A DNA stretch of 64,000 nucleotides from Gemmatimonadales bacterium (GTDB lineage: Bacteria > Gemmatimonadota > Gemmatimonadetes > Gemmatimonadales > GWC2-71-9). Numbering within the stretch: position 1 is the stretch's first letter; every line of letters begins with the position of its first letter. The position numbers and the translations under genes were made by a program. Below, in pieces: positions 38,983 to 47,915 of the stretch. The DNA lies in NCBI GenBank assembly GCA_041577295.1, contig JBFGJG010000009.1, forward strand, positions 32,001 through 96,000. The letters are read 5' to 3'. A model generated the notes under the pieces. It searched no databases. It was not told the origin of the DNA and was given only the letters and a program-made list of their open reading frames with translations.

Positions 38983-41742
38983 ATGCCGCCAATGGCTCGC
39001 GCCCGCTCGATTGCCACGCTCGTCGTCATCTCCCAGCTCTTCATGAGCACCTCCCCTGTCGCACAGAGCGTCGAGCGCGCTCCCCAAGGGCTGGCCGCGT
39101 GGTCCGTCGATGACATTTTGCTGGCCGAGACGGCGAGTGACTTCCAGATCTCGCCCGATGGACAGTGGGTGGTATGGGTTCGGTCCGCCATGGATCTTCA
39201 GAAGGGCCGATCCGCCTCTAACCTGTGGCTCACGCGGCTGTCGAATGGCGAATCGTGGGCGCTCACCCGCGGTGATCAGGCGAACCGTACGCCGCGGTGG
39301 TCACCGGACGCGCGGTACATCGCGTTCGAATCGAACCGTGAGTCGGGAGACACCACCGACGAGGCGGACCGCACACAGCTGTGGATCCTCCGCGTCGCTG
39401 GCGGTGAACCGTGGCCGCTCACCACGGATGCGCGAGGCTTGCAGGCATTCGCGTGGAAAGGTCAGAGCCCCGATACGATCCTCTTCGCTGCCCAGGAGAG
39501 GGTGAGTCAGGCGGAGCGAACTCGGCGAGACCGCAAGGACACCGGCTTTGCGGTTGAGGATCCCGCCGAGCGCCCGCCGGTGCGTTTGTGGAGCCTCGCC
39601 GTCTCGACCAAGCGCGTGGCTCGGATCACGCTCAACAACGACTGGATCCAAACCGTCGCGGTTTCGCCGGATGGCCGCTTTGCCGTCACGCGGCATCAGG
39701 TCGACCTGAGCGATCAGTTCGATCAACGGCGTCGGCCCGAGACCTACCTGATCACCCTTGCGTCGGGGGAGCGCCGACGCGTTCTCGCTAATAGCGGGAT
39801 CGCTCCGCGAAGCGTGGAGTGGGCTCCAGACGGCTCGGGGTTCTTCTTTTCGTATGAATTCACCAATCACCCACGCTATTTGATGGCGTCGGTCACCCGC
39901 ATAGCGTGGTTCGATCTCGCGGCGGACAGTGTGCACCCGATCGACCTTGAGTGGGAACGAGGGCTCGGTACGTCGAGCTTCGAGGTGCAGCGAGACGGCT
40001 TCGTGGTGCTGCTCGCTGACGGCGTGCAAGAGCGAGCAGCTCGCTACACTCGACGCCGGGATGGGTGGCGGCGTACAATGTTGGAGGGCCGGCACGCGGG
40101 ATACCTCGCCTCTCTCGAGATCTCTGGTAACGGTCAGCACATCGCCTACTTCACGTCCACGGCCAATACGCCACCCCAACCGTTCGTTGGCCGTCTCGAC
40201 GGGATGCGCATCCGTGACGAGCGTCAGATCACGGACCTCAACCCCTCGTTCGCCACGAAACCCAAGCCACGAGTCGAGATCATCCGTTGGCCTGGGGCCC
40301 GGGACGAAGAGGTCGAAGGCGTGCTGTACTACCCACTCGAGTACCAGGAAGGCCGACCGTACCCCTTGATCGTGAGCATACACGGAGGACCCACCAGCGC
40401 CGACCTCGATGCGTGGACTCAGCGCTGGTCGTACCCGACCATCCTTTTCAACCAGCGTGGCGCGTTCGTGCTCAAGCCCAACTACCACGGGAGCAGCAAC
40501 TACGGGTTGGCCTGGGCCGAGTCCATCGGCGAGGGGCGGTATTACGAGCTCGAGATTCCGGACATCGAAAAGGGTGTGGATCAGCTCATCGCCGGGGGTC
40601 TGGTTCACCCGGATTCGGTCGCGACCCAGGGATGGAGCAATGGCGCCATCCTGTCCACGGAACTCACCACGACCAACCCCGCTCGATACCGCGCATCGTC
40701 TGCCGGCGCCGGGGACGTCGAGTGGATCTCGGATTGGGGGAACGTCGATTTCGGTGCCGCGTTCGACGAGTACTACTTCGGTACCAGCCCGTTGAAGGAT
40801 CCGCAGCGCTACATCGACAAGAGCCCCTTTTTCCGGATGGATCGCGTGCGGACGCCAACGCTGATCTTCTTTGGCACCGAGGATCGCAACGTCCCCCCCA
40901 GCCAGGGGTGGAGTCACTTCCGTGCGCTCCAGCAGCTCGGAAATACGGACGTGCGCTTCGTTCTCTTCCCCGGTGAGCCCCACGGCTTGCGGAAGCTGGC
41001 ACACCAACGCCGCAAGGTCGAAGAAGAGCTGGCATGGTTCGATCGCCACCTCTGGGGGAGGCCGGACACCGTCAACCCCGCTCTTACCGCCGACGCTCCT
41101 TTGGCACGAGCCCTGTCGCGGAGCACCGCGAGTCGCGTCGGTGGGTTGTACGGTGGGGACGCCAATGGGGTGCTGGTGCCGGAAACCGTACGTCGGGGAA
41201 ACATCGACATCGGTCGGTTCGAGGTGACACGAGGACAGTGGCGCGAATTCGATGCGGAGTACACCGTTGGTGATGGTCGAGAGAACCACCCCGCCTCGGG
41301 GATCTCGTTTGATCGCGCGGGCGCGTACGTTCGCTGGCTCTCCGACCGGACCGGCGACACCTATCGGCTTCCCACTGTCGCGGAGTTACGCGGCCTCGAC
41401 TCAGGGATTGTGGGTGGAGGCGTGACGCTGGACTATTGGGCGGGATACGCACCCAACCCGGCGGACGTGGCCCGCTTGCTCGAGGCGGCGATGAGGTTAC
41501 CGGGCGACGCGCCGCTGCTCCTCGAGGTTGGGAGTCACGCGACGGACATGACCCCAACTCCGCCCTACGTGTTCGACGTGCGAGGGAGCGTGGCTGAGTG
41601 GGCGGTAGCAGCGGATGGAACGGGCATCCTCGTGGGAGGGAGTGCGGACCGGCCGCGCTCCGGAGGAGACGGGGTGAGCGAGGCGCTGTTGGCGTACCGC
41701 GGTGTGCGGGTGGTGAAAGAACCCAAGGGAGCAGAGCCGTGA
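38983..41742 (+). CDS. S9 prolyl-oligopeptidase family peptidase with C-terminal FGE/SUMF1-like domain
   Basis: Signal peptide, WD40-like SPDG repeats, HGGP, GWSNG, EDRNV, EPHG, then FEVT...YRLPT...GSVAEW. Confidence 0.9.
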   Translation: MPPMARARSIATLVVISQLFMSTSPVAQSVERAPQGLAAWSVDDILLAETASDFQISPDGQWVVWVRSAMDLQKGRSASNLWLTRLSNGESWALTRGDQANRTPRWSPDARYIAFESNRESGDTTDEADRTQLWILRVAGGEPWPLTTDARGLQAFAWKGQSPDTILFAAQERVSQAERTRRDRKDTGFAVEDPAERPPVRLWSLAVSTKRVARITLNNDWIQTVAVSPDGRFAVTRHQVDLSDQFDQRRRPETYLITLASGERRRVLANSGIAPRSVEWAPDGSGFFFSYEFTNHPRYLMASVTRIAWFDLAADSVHPIDLEWERGLGTSSFEVQRDGFVVLLADGVQERAARYTRRRDGWRRTMLEGRHAGYLASLEISGNGQHIAYFTSTANTPPQPFVGRLDGMRIRDERQITDLNPSFATKPKPRVEIIRWPGARDEEVEGVLYYPLEYQEGRPYPLIVSIHGGPTSADLDAWTQRWSYPTILFNQRGAFVLKPNYHGSSNYGLAWAESIGEGRYYELEIPDIEKGVDQLIAGGLVHPDSVATQGWSNGAILSTELTTTNPARYRASSAGAGDVEWISDWGNVDFGAAFDEYYFGTSPLKDPQRYIDKSPFFRMDRVRTPTLIFFGTEDRNVPPSQGWSHFRALQQLGNTDVRFVLFPGEPHGLRKLAHQRRKVEEELAWFDRHLWGRPDTVNPALTADAPLARALSRSTASRVGGLYGGDANGVLVPETVRRGNIDIGRFEVTRGQWREFDAEYTVGDGRENHPASGISFDRAGAYVRWLSDRTGDTYRLPTVAELRGLDSGIVGGGVTLDYWAGYAPNPADVARLLEAAMRLPGDAPLLLEVGSHATDMTPTPPYVFDVRGSVAEWAVAADGTGILVGGSADRPRSGGDGVSEALLAYRGVRVVKEPKGAEP

Positions 41743-42881
41743 CCTCCAACCTTACCCGCCGCGAGTTCACCCGTCTTGCCGCGGCACTCCCAGCTGCAGT
41801 GGCCCCACGCTTGGTGTCGTCGTGGTCATCACCTGTGCGCCGCCGTGCGTGGGAAGGCTACGAGGATGCCATGGTCATTGACGCGCTGGCGAGCCCCGGC
41901 CCTTTCAACGTGCCCGACCGTGAGGGTAACCCGCTGTCCGTCGTGATGGTGGAGAATGCCAAGCAGTCCGGCATCACGGCGGTAAACCTGACGCTCGATA
42001 CGAGCGGACGTGGTCACGAGAGCTTCGATAACGCCGTTGCAAGCATCGCGTACTGGGAACGTGAGCTGGACGCCCATCGAGACGTTCTGCTGAAGATCGA
42101 GTCGAGCGAGGACCTCCTCGCAGCGAAAGAGAGCGAGCGGTTGGGTCTCATCTTCGGTTTTCAGGACTCCGCCATGCTCGACGGCGATCTCGAACGGCTC
42201 GCGACGTTTGCCAGTCTCGGGATTCGGATCATTCAGCTCACGTACAACGGTCGGAATCTCGCTGGCGATGGGTGCTTGGAACCGGCCAATGCAGGGCTCA
42301 GCCGGTTCGGCTTCGCTCTCGTCGAGCGGATGAACGCCATGGGGATCATCATCGACCTGAGCCACTGTGGGCAACGCACGACGGCGGACGCCATTGCCGC
42401 GTCGCGCCACCCGGTAGCCATCACGCACTCCGGGTGCAGTGCCGTGTTCGAACACCCACGGAGCAAGCGGGACGAGGAGCTGCGTCTCATGGCGGACAAA
42501 GGGGGGGTGCTCGGTATCTTTCTGATGCCGTTTCTCAATCCGTCCGGCCCCGCCACGGCAGATCACGTCATCCAACATCTGACGCATGCCATCAACGTTT
42601 GTGGCGAAGACCACGTGGGGATTGGGAGTGATCAATCGATCACTCCTATCGACGCCTCGCCGGCCTACGTGGAAGCCGTGCGCCATTTCGCAACCGAGCG
42701 CAAGCGCTTGGGCGTCGGTGCACCCCGCGAGGATGAACTCTTGTTTGTTCCCGATCTCAATTCCCCACGACGCATGGAGATGATTGCGGATCGGCTCCTT
42801 GCCGCCGGTCACAGCGAGCGGCGCGTCGAAAAGATCATTGGGGGAAACTTTGCTCGCCTCTTTCGGGAGGTTTGGCCATGA
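41739..42881 (+). CDS. Membrane dipeptidase (M19) family, Tat-exported
   Basis: TRREF Tat motif, QLTYN, DLSH, THS, HVGIGSD, GGNF. Confidence 0.88.
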   Translation: MTSNLTRREFTRLAAALPAAVAPRLVSSWSSPVRRRAWEGYEDAMVIDALASPGPFNVPDREGNPLSVVMVENAKQSGITAVNLTLDTSGRGHESFDNAVASIAYWERELDAHRDVLLKIESSEDLLAAKESERLGLIFGFQDSAMLDGDLERLATFASLGIRIIQLTYNGRNLAGDGCLEPANAGLSRFGFALVERMNAMGIIIDLSHCGQRTTADAIAASRHPVAITHSGCSAVFEHPRSKRDEELRLMADKGGVLGIFLMPFLNPSGPATADHVIQHLTHAINVCGEDHVGIGSDQSITPIDASPAYVEAVRHFATERKRLGVGAPREDELLFVPDLNSPRRMEMIADRLLAAGHSERRVEKIIGGNFARLFREVWP

Positions 42882-43945
42882 AGCGCACCACCACGTTCGC
42901 CCTCATCAGCAGCGTCTTGCTCGGCTCCGCGGCTCTTGCGCAGACGCCGGCTGCGGACTCGGCGGCCCTAGAGCCGCCAGGACCCTTGTTCGACTCACAC
43001 GACATCGTCGAGGTGACCATCGCCGCTCCCCTGAGCACGATCATCAAAGATCGTGATGACGAGAGCGAGGAGCACTCCGGGGCGGTGGTCATTGGCGGCG
43101 ACACGCTGCCAGTGGAGATTCGGACGCGAGGACGGTTTCGATTGCAGAAACGGACCTGCAACTTCCCACCACTGCGACTGGACTTTCCCAAAGACAGCGT
43201 GGTTGGGTCGTTATTCGAAAACCAAAACAAGCTCAAGCTGGTGACGCACTGCAATGACGATAGGTCGGACTACGAGCAGTACGTCCTCAAAGAGTATCTC
43301 GTCTATCGCGCGTATAACACGCTCGTTGATGAGAGTTTTCGTGTACGGCTCTTCCGGATCCGGTACGAGGATACGGACGGTAAGCGGGAGCCGCTGACCC
43401 GTTACGGCTTTGTCATTGAGGACGAGGACCGCCTGGCGCAGCGGCTTGGCGGGAGAATGGTCGAAACGCCCGTCGTCTTACCCGACCAGATGGATGGCTA
43501 TCAGCTCGCACTTCTCGAGGTCTTTCAGTTCATGATTGGGAATACCGACTGGTCTGCGTTCGACGCGCCCGGAGCCGAGCGCTGTTGCCATAACGTTCGG
43601 CCGGTCGCGCCCCCCATCGGGGTTGCGATTCCCATACCATACGATTTCGATTTCTCAGGTGCGGTGGACGCGCGATACGCGAAGCCTGCTGCCGGTATGG
43701 ATATCCGTAACGTGCGGGAACGTAAGTACCGCGGCATCTGCTGGTCGCAGCAGCATCTCCCTCAAGTCTTCCAACACTTTAACGAGCGACGCGACGCGAT
43801 CTACGCGTTGTACAACAGTCAGGAGGGTCTCGAGCCCGACGTGCTCAAGAAGAGTGTTGAGTACCTCGATGACTTCTACAAGATCATCAACGACGCGCGG
43901 AAGAGCGAATATGAAATCGTGCGGAGCTGCCGCCGGCTGCAGTGA
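42878..43945 (+). CDS. Secreted hypothetical protein, CotH/atypical kinase-like
   Basis: Signal peptide, RG..R, KLKLVTHC, EYLVYR, MIGNTDW, HN, PYDFDFSG. Confidence 0.65.
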   Translation: MKRTTTFALISSVLLGSAALAQTPAADSAALEPPGPLFDSHDIVEVTIAAPLSTIIKDRDDESEEHSGAVVIGGDTLPVEIRTRGRFRLQKRTCNFPPLRLDFPKDSVVGSLFENQNKLKLVTHCNDDRSDYEQYVLKEYLVYRAYNTLVDESFRVRLFRIRYEDTDGKREPLTRYGFVIEDEDRLAQRLGGRMVETPVVLPDQMDGYQLALLEVFQFMIGNTDWSAFDAPGAERCCHNVRPVAPPIGVAIPIPYDFDFSGAVDARYAKPAAGMDIRNVRERKYRGICWSQQHLPQVFQHFNERRDAIYALYNSQEGLEPDVLKKSVEYLDDFYKIINDARKSEYEIVRSCRRLQ

Positions 43946-43993
43946 CCGCTCAACAAACGACTCAGAGTGATGGGATGAAGTTGTCCGGCGAAA

Positions 43994-44233
43994 TCAGGTC
44001 GGAGTGTTCTCGTCAGCAGACTCCCGGAGGATGACCGATCGGTTGCACTCCGGACACCGTACCTGCCAGATCACCTTGTCGCGCTGTGTGATGGGTGTGC
44101 CAAACATCAGCTGCTGGTGACAGCGCGGACACATGACCTTCTGACGACGTTCGGCGACCTGCCGCTTGATCTCTCGCGCCTCGTCACGAGAGTAGGTCGC
44201 GGGGGTGTCAAACCAGCGATCGGATCTGCTCAT
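43994..44233 (-). CDS. Small zinc-ribbon protein
   Basis: CPRC...CPEC, 79 aa. Confidence 0.65.
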   Translation of the reverse strand: MSRSDRWFDTPATYSRDEAREIKRQVAERRQKVMCPRCHQQLMFGTPITQRDKVIWQVRCPECNRSVILRESADENTPT

Positions 44234-44305
44234 ACGATGTGAATGGTCGTCCCAGGGAATCGATACCGATGAATTTACACAAACTGTCTTCGTGACGCCT
44301 CGGGC

Positions 44306-44653
44306 TCACGTCGGACGGCCATGCCGTCGGAGCTTGCGCTCGCCAGCAGCTCGCCGCCCGCCAATCTCCACTGAGAGCAGCCCGATCCATACCAGCAGAA
44401 GCAGCCCCAGTCCACTGATCACGCCCCACAGCACCACCGCAAGCGCGTAGCGCAGCAACCCGGACGCGGGCGCCCCCCCATGCGCCACGACCATGACGAA
44501 CAATCCAGCACTAGGTATGTTGAGCAACAGCCAGAGGACCGCCAGCCAGGGCGCAACCCGGTGCGCCCGCCGACGGATGCGGAGGCGACGCCAGCCGCGC
44601 AGCCGTCGGCGGGCCTCTAGATGTTTCAGAAGGACTTCGCCCGCCTCGTCCAT
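44306..44653 (-). CDS. Hypothetical 2-TM membrane protein
   Basis: Arg-rich N-terminus and two hydrophobic segments. Start uncertain. Confidence 0.45.
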   Translation of the reverse strand: MDEAGEVLLKHLEARRRLRGWRRLRIRRRAHRVAPWLAVLWLLLNIPSAGLFVMVVAHGGAPASGLLRYALAVVLWGVISGLGLLLLVWIGLLSVEIGGRRAAGERKLRRHGRPT

Positions 44654-44681
44654 GACTCCGAACAGTAAGAGAGGCACATTG

Positions 44682-45362
44682 ATGAATCCACGTTCGCGAT
44701 GCCACTACGCGCTCACCACACTGCTCCTTGCGTCGATCTGGGCGTCGCCCACCCACGCGCAGGACGTGGGATTTTCGCTTCACGTGGGGTCTCTCGGAAT
44801 CGGCGCAGACCTCGCCGTAGCGGTCAACGACAATCTGAGCTTGCGGGCTGGAGGGAACGTCTTCCCGTTTGACATCAACATCACGGAATCGGATATCCGC
44901 TACACGCTCGACCTCCGTTCACCCTCGTTTCTCACGGTCATCGACCTCTCGCCAGGCGGCGCATTCCGCGTGAGCGGTGGATTGCTGATCGCGACTCGCG
45001 ACTTCACCATCGATGCCGAGCTCGCCGAACCCGTGGACATCGGTGGTACGCTCTACCAACCGAGCGACATTGGCAGTCTGACCGGCGTGCTGGACACCCG
45101 CGATGTCGCTCCGTACGTGGGGATTGGATTCGGCTCGCCGCGTGGCGGCGGCGTGCGCCTGTTTCTCGACCTCGGCGTGGCGTTGCACGGTTCACCCGAG
45201 GTCAGTGCCGTGGCGTCCGGTCCTATCGCCTCGGACCCCCAATTTCAACAGGATCTCCAGCAGGAGGTCGACGACCTACAGGACTCCCTCAGCTCGTTCA
45301 GGGTCTATCCGGTGCTCTCGATTGGACTGATGATCGGGGTGGGACCGGTGTACGGAAGTTGA
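44682..45362 (+). CDS. Outer-membrane beta-barrel protein
   Basis: Signal peptide (THA/Q), GSLGIG, APYVGIGF, YPVLSIG terminal strand. Confidence 0.8.
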   Translation: MNPRSRCHYALTTLLLASIWASPTHAQDVGFSLHVGSLGIGADLAVAVNDNLSLRAGGNVFPFDINITESDIRYTLDLRSPSFLTVIDLSPGGAFRVSGGLLIATRDFTIDAELAEPVDIGGTLYQPSDIGSLTGVLDTRDVAPYVGIGFGSPRGGGVRLFLDLGVALHGSPEVSAVASGPIASDPQFQQDLQQEVDDLQDSLSSFRVYPVLSIGLMIGVGPVYGS

Positions 45363-45452
45363 GCAGGGAGGAGAACGTGGGGAGCGGGGAGTAGTATCAA
45401 TCCTTTTTGCTCGCTCCTTGCACATCAATCGGGGAAGGGCAGAGAGGGGTGG

Positions 45453-45905
45453 TTAGGGTTCTCCGTCCGCCAAGAGCCACGCTTCCGCTGTGGTCAGCTC
45501 CCGGAAGACGGCGAGTTTTGTTGGGACATCGTCACACATCTGCTCGAACATGCGGATGAGCCCATAGTCCACCACCTTCGCCACGACCACTGCGGTTTTC
45601 CCTCCTCCCCGAAGATCCTTGCGGACGAGCACGAAGACGTGGAGACGGCGAAGATCGCCGGAGGACAGCCCGGCCACGGTTGCCTCGCGCAGATCCCAGA
45701 GCACATTCATCCCGATGCAGAACTGCGGGTGCTTGAGCATCGTGGATACCGCGGTCTCGAGGTCTTCCACCCGCAAGTCCCCAATCATGATGACCCGGAG
45801 AATGCCCGTCTCGCGGTCGAACTCGGCCACGATCGGCTCGGCGTGACGCCGAGGGAGGGGCCGGGGCGCGAGGCTGTCGCGGTGCTCGGGAAGGCTGGCG
45901 GTCAC
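45453..45905 (-). CDS. STAS/SpoIIAA-like small protein
   Basis: NVLWDLRE, KTAVVV, YGLIRMF, VFRE...AEAWL. GTGA overlap with the HD-GYP gene. Confidence 0.7.
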   Translation of the reverse strand: MTASLPEHRDSLAPRPLPRRHAEPIVAEFDRETGILRVIMIGDLRVEDLETAVSTMLKHPQFCIGMNVLWDLREATVAGLSSGDLRRLHVFVLVRKDLRGGGKTAVVVAKVVDYGLIRMFEQMCDDVPTKLAVFRELTTAEAWLLADGEP

Positions 45906-47524
45906 GTCGATGGCGCCTCGGTTGGGGCGCCCAAAGCAACGGACTGCATGAACGCGTCGACTACATCGTCCCGCCACCAGTGTTGTGAGCGACGGATCTC
46001 CGCCACGGCGACTTCCAGCGAGAGCGCTTCCCGATACGGCCGATCCGTGGTCAACGCATCGAACACGTCAACGATTCCAATGATTTGCGCATGCAGCGGG
46101 ATCTCATCTTCCTTGAGTCGATCCGGGTAGCCCGTACCGTCCATGCGCTCGTGATGCCACCGGATGATGGGCTTGATATTCCACGGGAACGCGACGTCTT
46201 CGAGCAGCTCGACGCCCCAGACGGTGTGCATTTTCATGATCTCGAACTCGTCCTGCGTGAGCGGGCCCGGCTTGTTGAGGATCTCGTGTGGGACGCGCAC
46301 CTTGCCCACGTCGTGCAACCATGCCCCAATCCGTACCGTTTTGATGTCGTCCTCGCTCAGCCCCATTCTTCGAGCAACGCTTTCGGCGTAGGCACCCACG
46401 CGCTCGCAGTGCCCATGGGTATAGCTGTCCCGCGATTCGATCGACTGACCCCAATCCTTGACGACTGACAGATAGGTCCGCTCGAGAGACGCTCGCTTGC
46501 GTCCGACATTGACGAGATCCGCACGCGCATCCAGGAGGTCGAACAGCCGATACGCTGAATTGAGGAGCGACAGGGCCTCTTGATTCCTCCCCATCGTCTG
46601 ACAGAGCACGGCCAGCTCACGCGTGGTCTCCGCCTGAACCAACACGGCCCTCCCGCTCTCCGCCATCTCCATGGCAGCACGCAGCCTCGACTCAGCCAGC
46701 GCCATGCGACCGGTCTCGCGATAGACCATACCGATCACGCGATAGACCGATGCTTTGAGACCGAGGACGCCCAGCTGGTCAAAGATCACCAAGGCCGCTT
46801 CGGCGTTCGCGCGCGCCTGGTCATAGCGCTGCCGCTGCACGTCCATGTCCGCCAGGTTCACGAGACAAAGCCCCTGGAGGCGAAGATCGCCACTCGACTC
46901 GGCGATGCTTCGGCTGCGGCCGAAGTAATCCTCCGCCTCATCCCACATCTCCGCATCGGCACTCACCATCCCCAGATTGTGATAGGCGAGCGCGCGTCCG
47001 TGTGCGTTATCGGCCGCCGCGTACGCGGCGAGCGCGCGCTGATAGTGCTCACGCGCCCGATCGAGATCGCCGTGGATGTTTGCGACGATTCCCAGATTTT
47101 GCTCAACCCTGGCGCGGAGCTCACGGTCGTGGCCCCCCAGCACCAGGGCACGCTCGTAGTTCTCCTGCGCATGGTCGAGCGCGCCCAACTGGAGATCGAG
47201 ACCGCCCAGCGTGTTCAAGGCTTCGGCGGCGACCAGCTCGTTGCCCATCTCAAAGGCGACATCGACACTGCGGTAACACAGGGCCCGAGCCGTCTCCGGG
47301 TCGTTCTGGTGGTACCGCAACACGGCCAGCCGGCGCAACGACTCCGCCAGCACGCGATCCCCACCACTTCGCTCCGCCTCCCCAATGGCGGCCTCGTACC
47401 GCGCCGCCGCCTCGTCATTGAGCCCGAGCCGCTCGAGCTCGCGCCCATCGTGCAAGAGCTCCGCAGCCCCGGAGAGATCCGTCGACTTCTGTTGCCGGTT
47501 ACCCGGCCTCGCCGAGCTCAACAT
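45902..47524 (-). CDS. TPR repeat + HD-GYP cyclic-dinucleotide phosphodiesterase
   Basis: TPRs (NTLG, NLG), HCERV, HDVGK, HHERMDGTGYP, DVFDALTTDRPY. Confidence 0.93.
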   Translation of the reverse strand: MLSSARPGNRQQKSTDLSGAAELLHDGRELERLGLNDEAAARYEAAIGEAERSGGDRVLAESLRRLAVLRYHQNDPETARALCYRSVDVAFEMGNELVAAEALNTLGGLDLQLGALDHAQENYERALVLGGHDRELRARVEQNLGIVANIHGDLDRAREHYQRALAAYAAADNAHGRALAYHNLGMVSADAEMWDEAEDYFGRSRSIAESSGDLRLQGLCLVNLADMDVQRQRYDQARANAEAALVIFDQLGVLGLKASVYRVIGMVYRETGRMALAESRLRAAMEMAESGRAVLVQAETTRELAVLCQTMGRNQEALSLLNSAYRLFDLLDARADLVNVGRKRASLERTYLSVVKDWGQSIESRDSYTHGHCERVGAYAESVARRMGLSEDDIKTVRIGAWLHDVGKVRVPHEILNKPGPLTQDEFEIMKMHTVWGVELLEDVAFPWNIKPIIRWHHERMDGTGYPDRLKEDEIPLHAQIIGIVDVFDALTTDRPYREALSLEVAVAEIRRSQHWWRDDVVDAFMQSVALGAPTEAPST

Positions 47525-47732
47525 GAGCCCCTCACAGCGCTAGCATGTGGTTGACGCAAACTGCCAGCGTCCCGCACGTGCCGGACGTTGGGTTCACAAT
47601 CGATGAGAAACGCCTCGCAAGCCTCAGTGGTGTCTCACTTTCACGACGTCTTCGCGTCAAAAACCTACAACTCAAGGGCGCGGACGACGTACCGTAAGTG
47701 CAAGCGCTATACCATCTTAAAAGGCCTCAGCT

Positions 47733-47748
47733 TGTGATGTTGATCACA
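47733..47748. promoter_or_regulatory. CRP/FNR-family binding site (perfect TGTGA-N6-TCACA)
   Basis: TGTGA-TGTTGA-TCACA in a 390-bp divergent intergenic region. Confidence 0.65.
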
Positions 47749-47915
47749 CTCCACAGGTGCGCCCGTTGGCGCAGCAAACAGCGCGCGAAAACAGCCATGC
47801 CGGCCTCGCAAGACAGTGTTGTGTGAATGCCACAACAGTCCGGCACCTCTAGCCATCCCACGCATCGAAACCGACCTTACCGCCCAGAGAACGACATCCG
47901 GGTGGAAAGGCTCCC

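Noticed and set aside
39301..41289. 662-aa antisense ORF, and similar long ORFs at 27649-29157, 32350-33846, 48281-49990 and 60257-61738
   Set aside because: Shadow or alternative-frame ORFs of well-supported genes, expected at high GC, with no recognisable motifs.
43994..44233. CPRCH as a heme-binding motif
   Set aside because: No signal peptide, and it pairs with CPEC, so a zinc ribbon is more likely.
47765..47815. GCAAAC...GAAA as a c-di-GMP-I riboswitch near the HD-GYP gene
   Set aside because: No complementary P2 stem and no GCAAAGC element.
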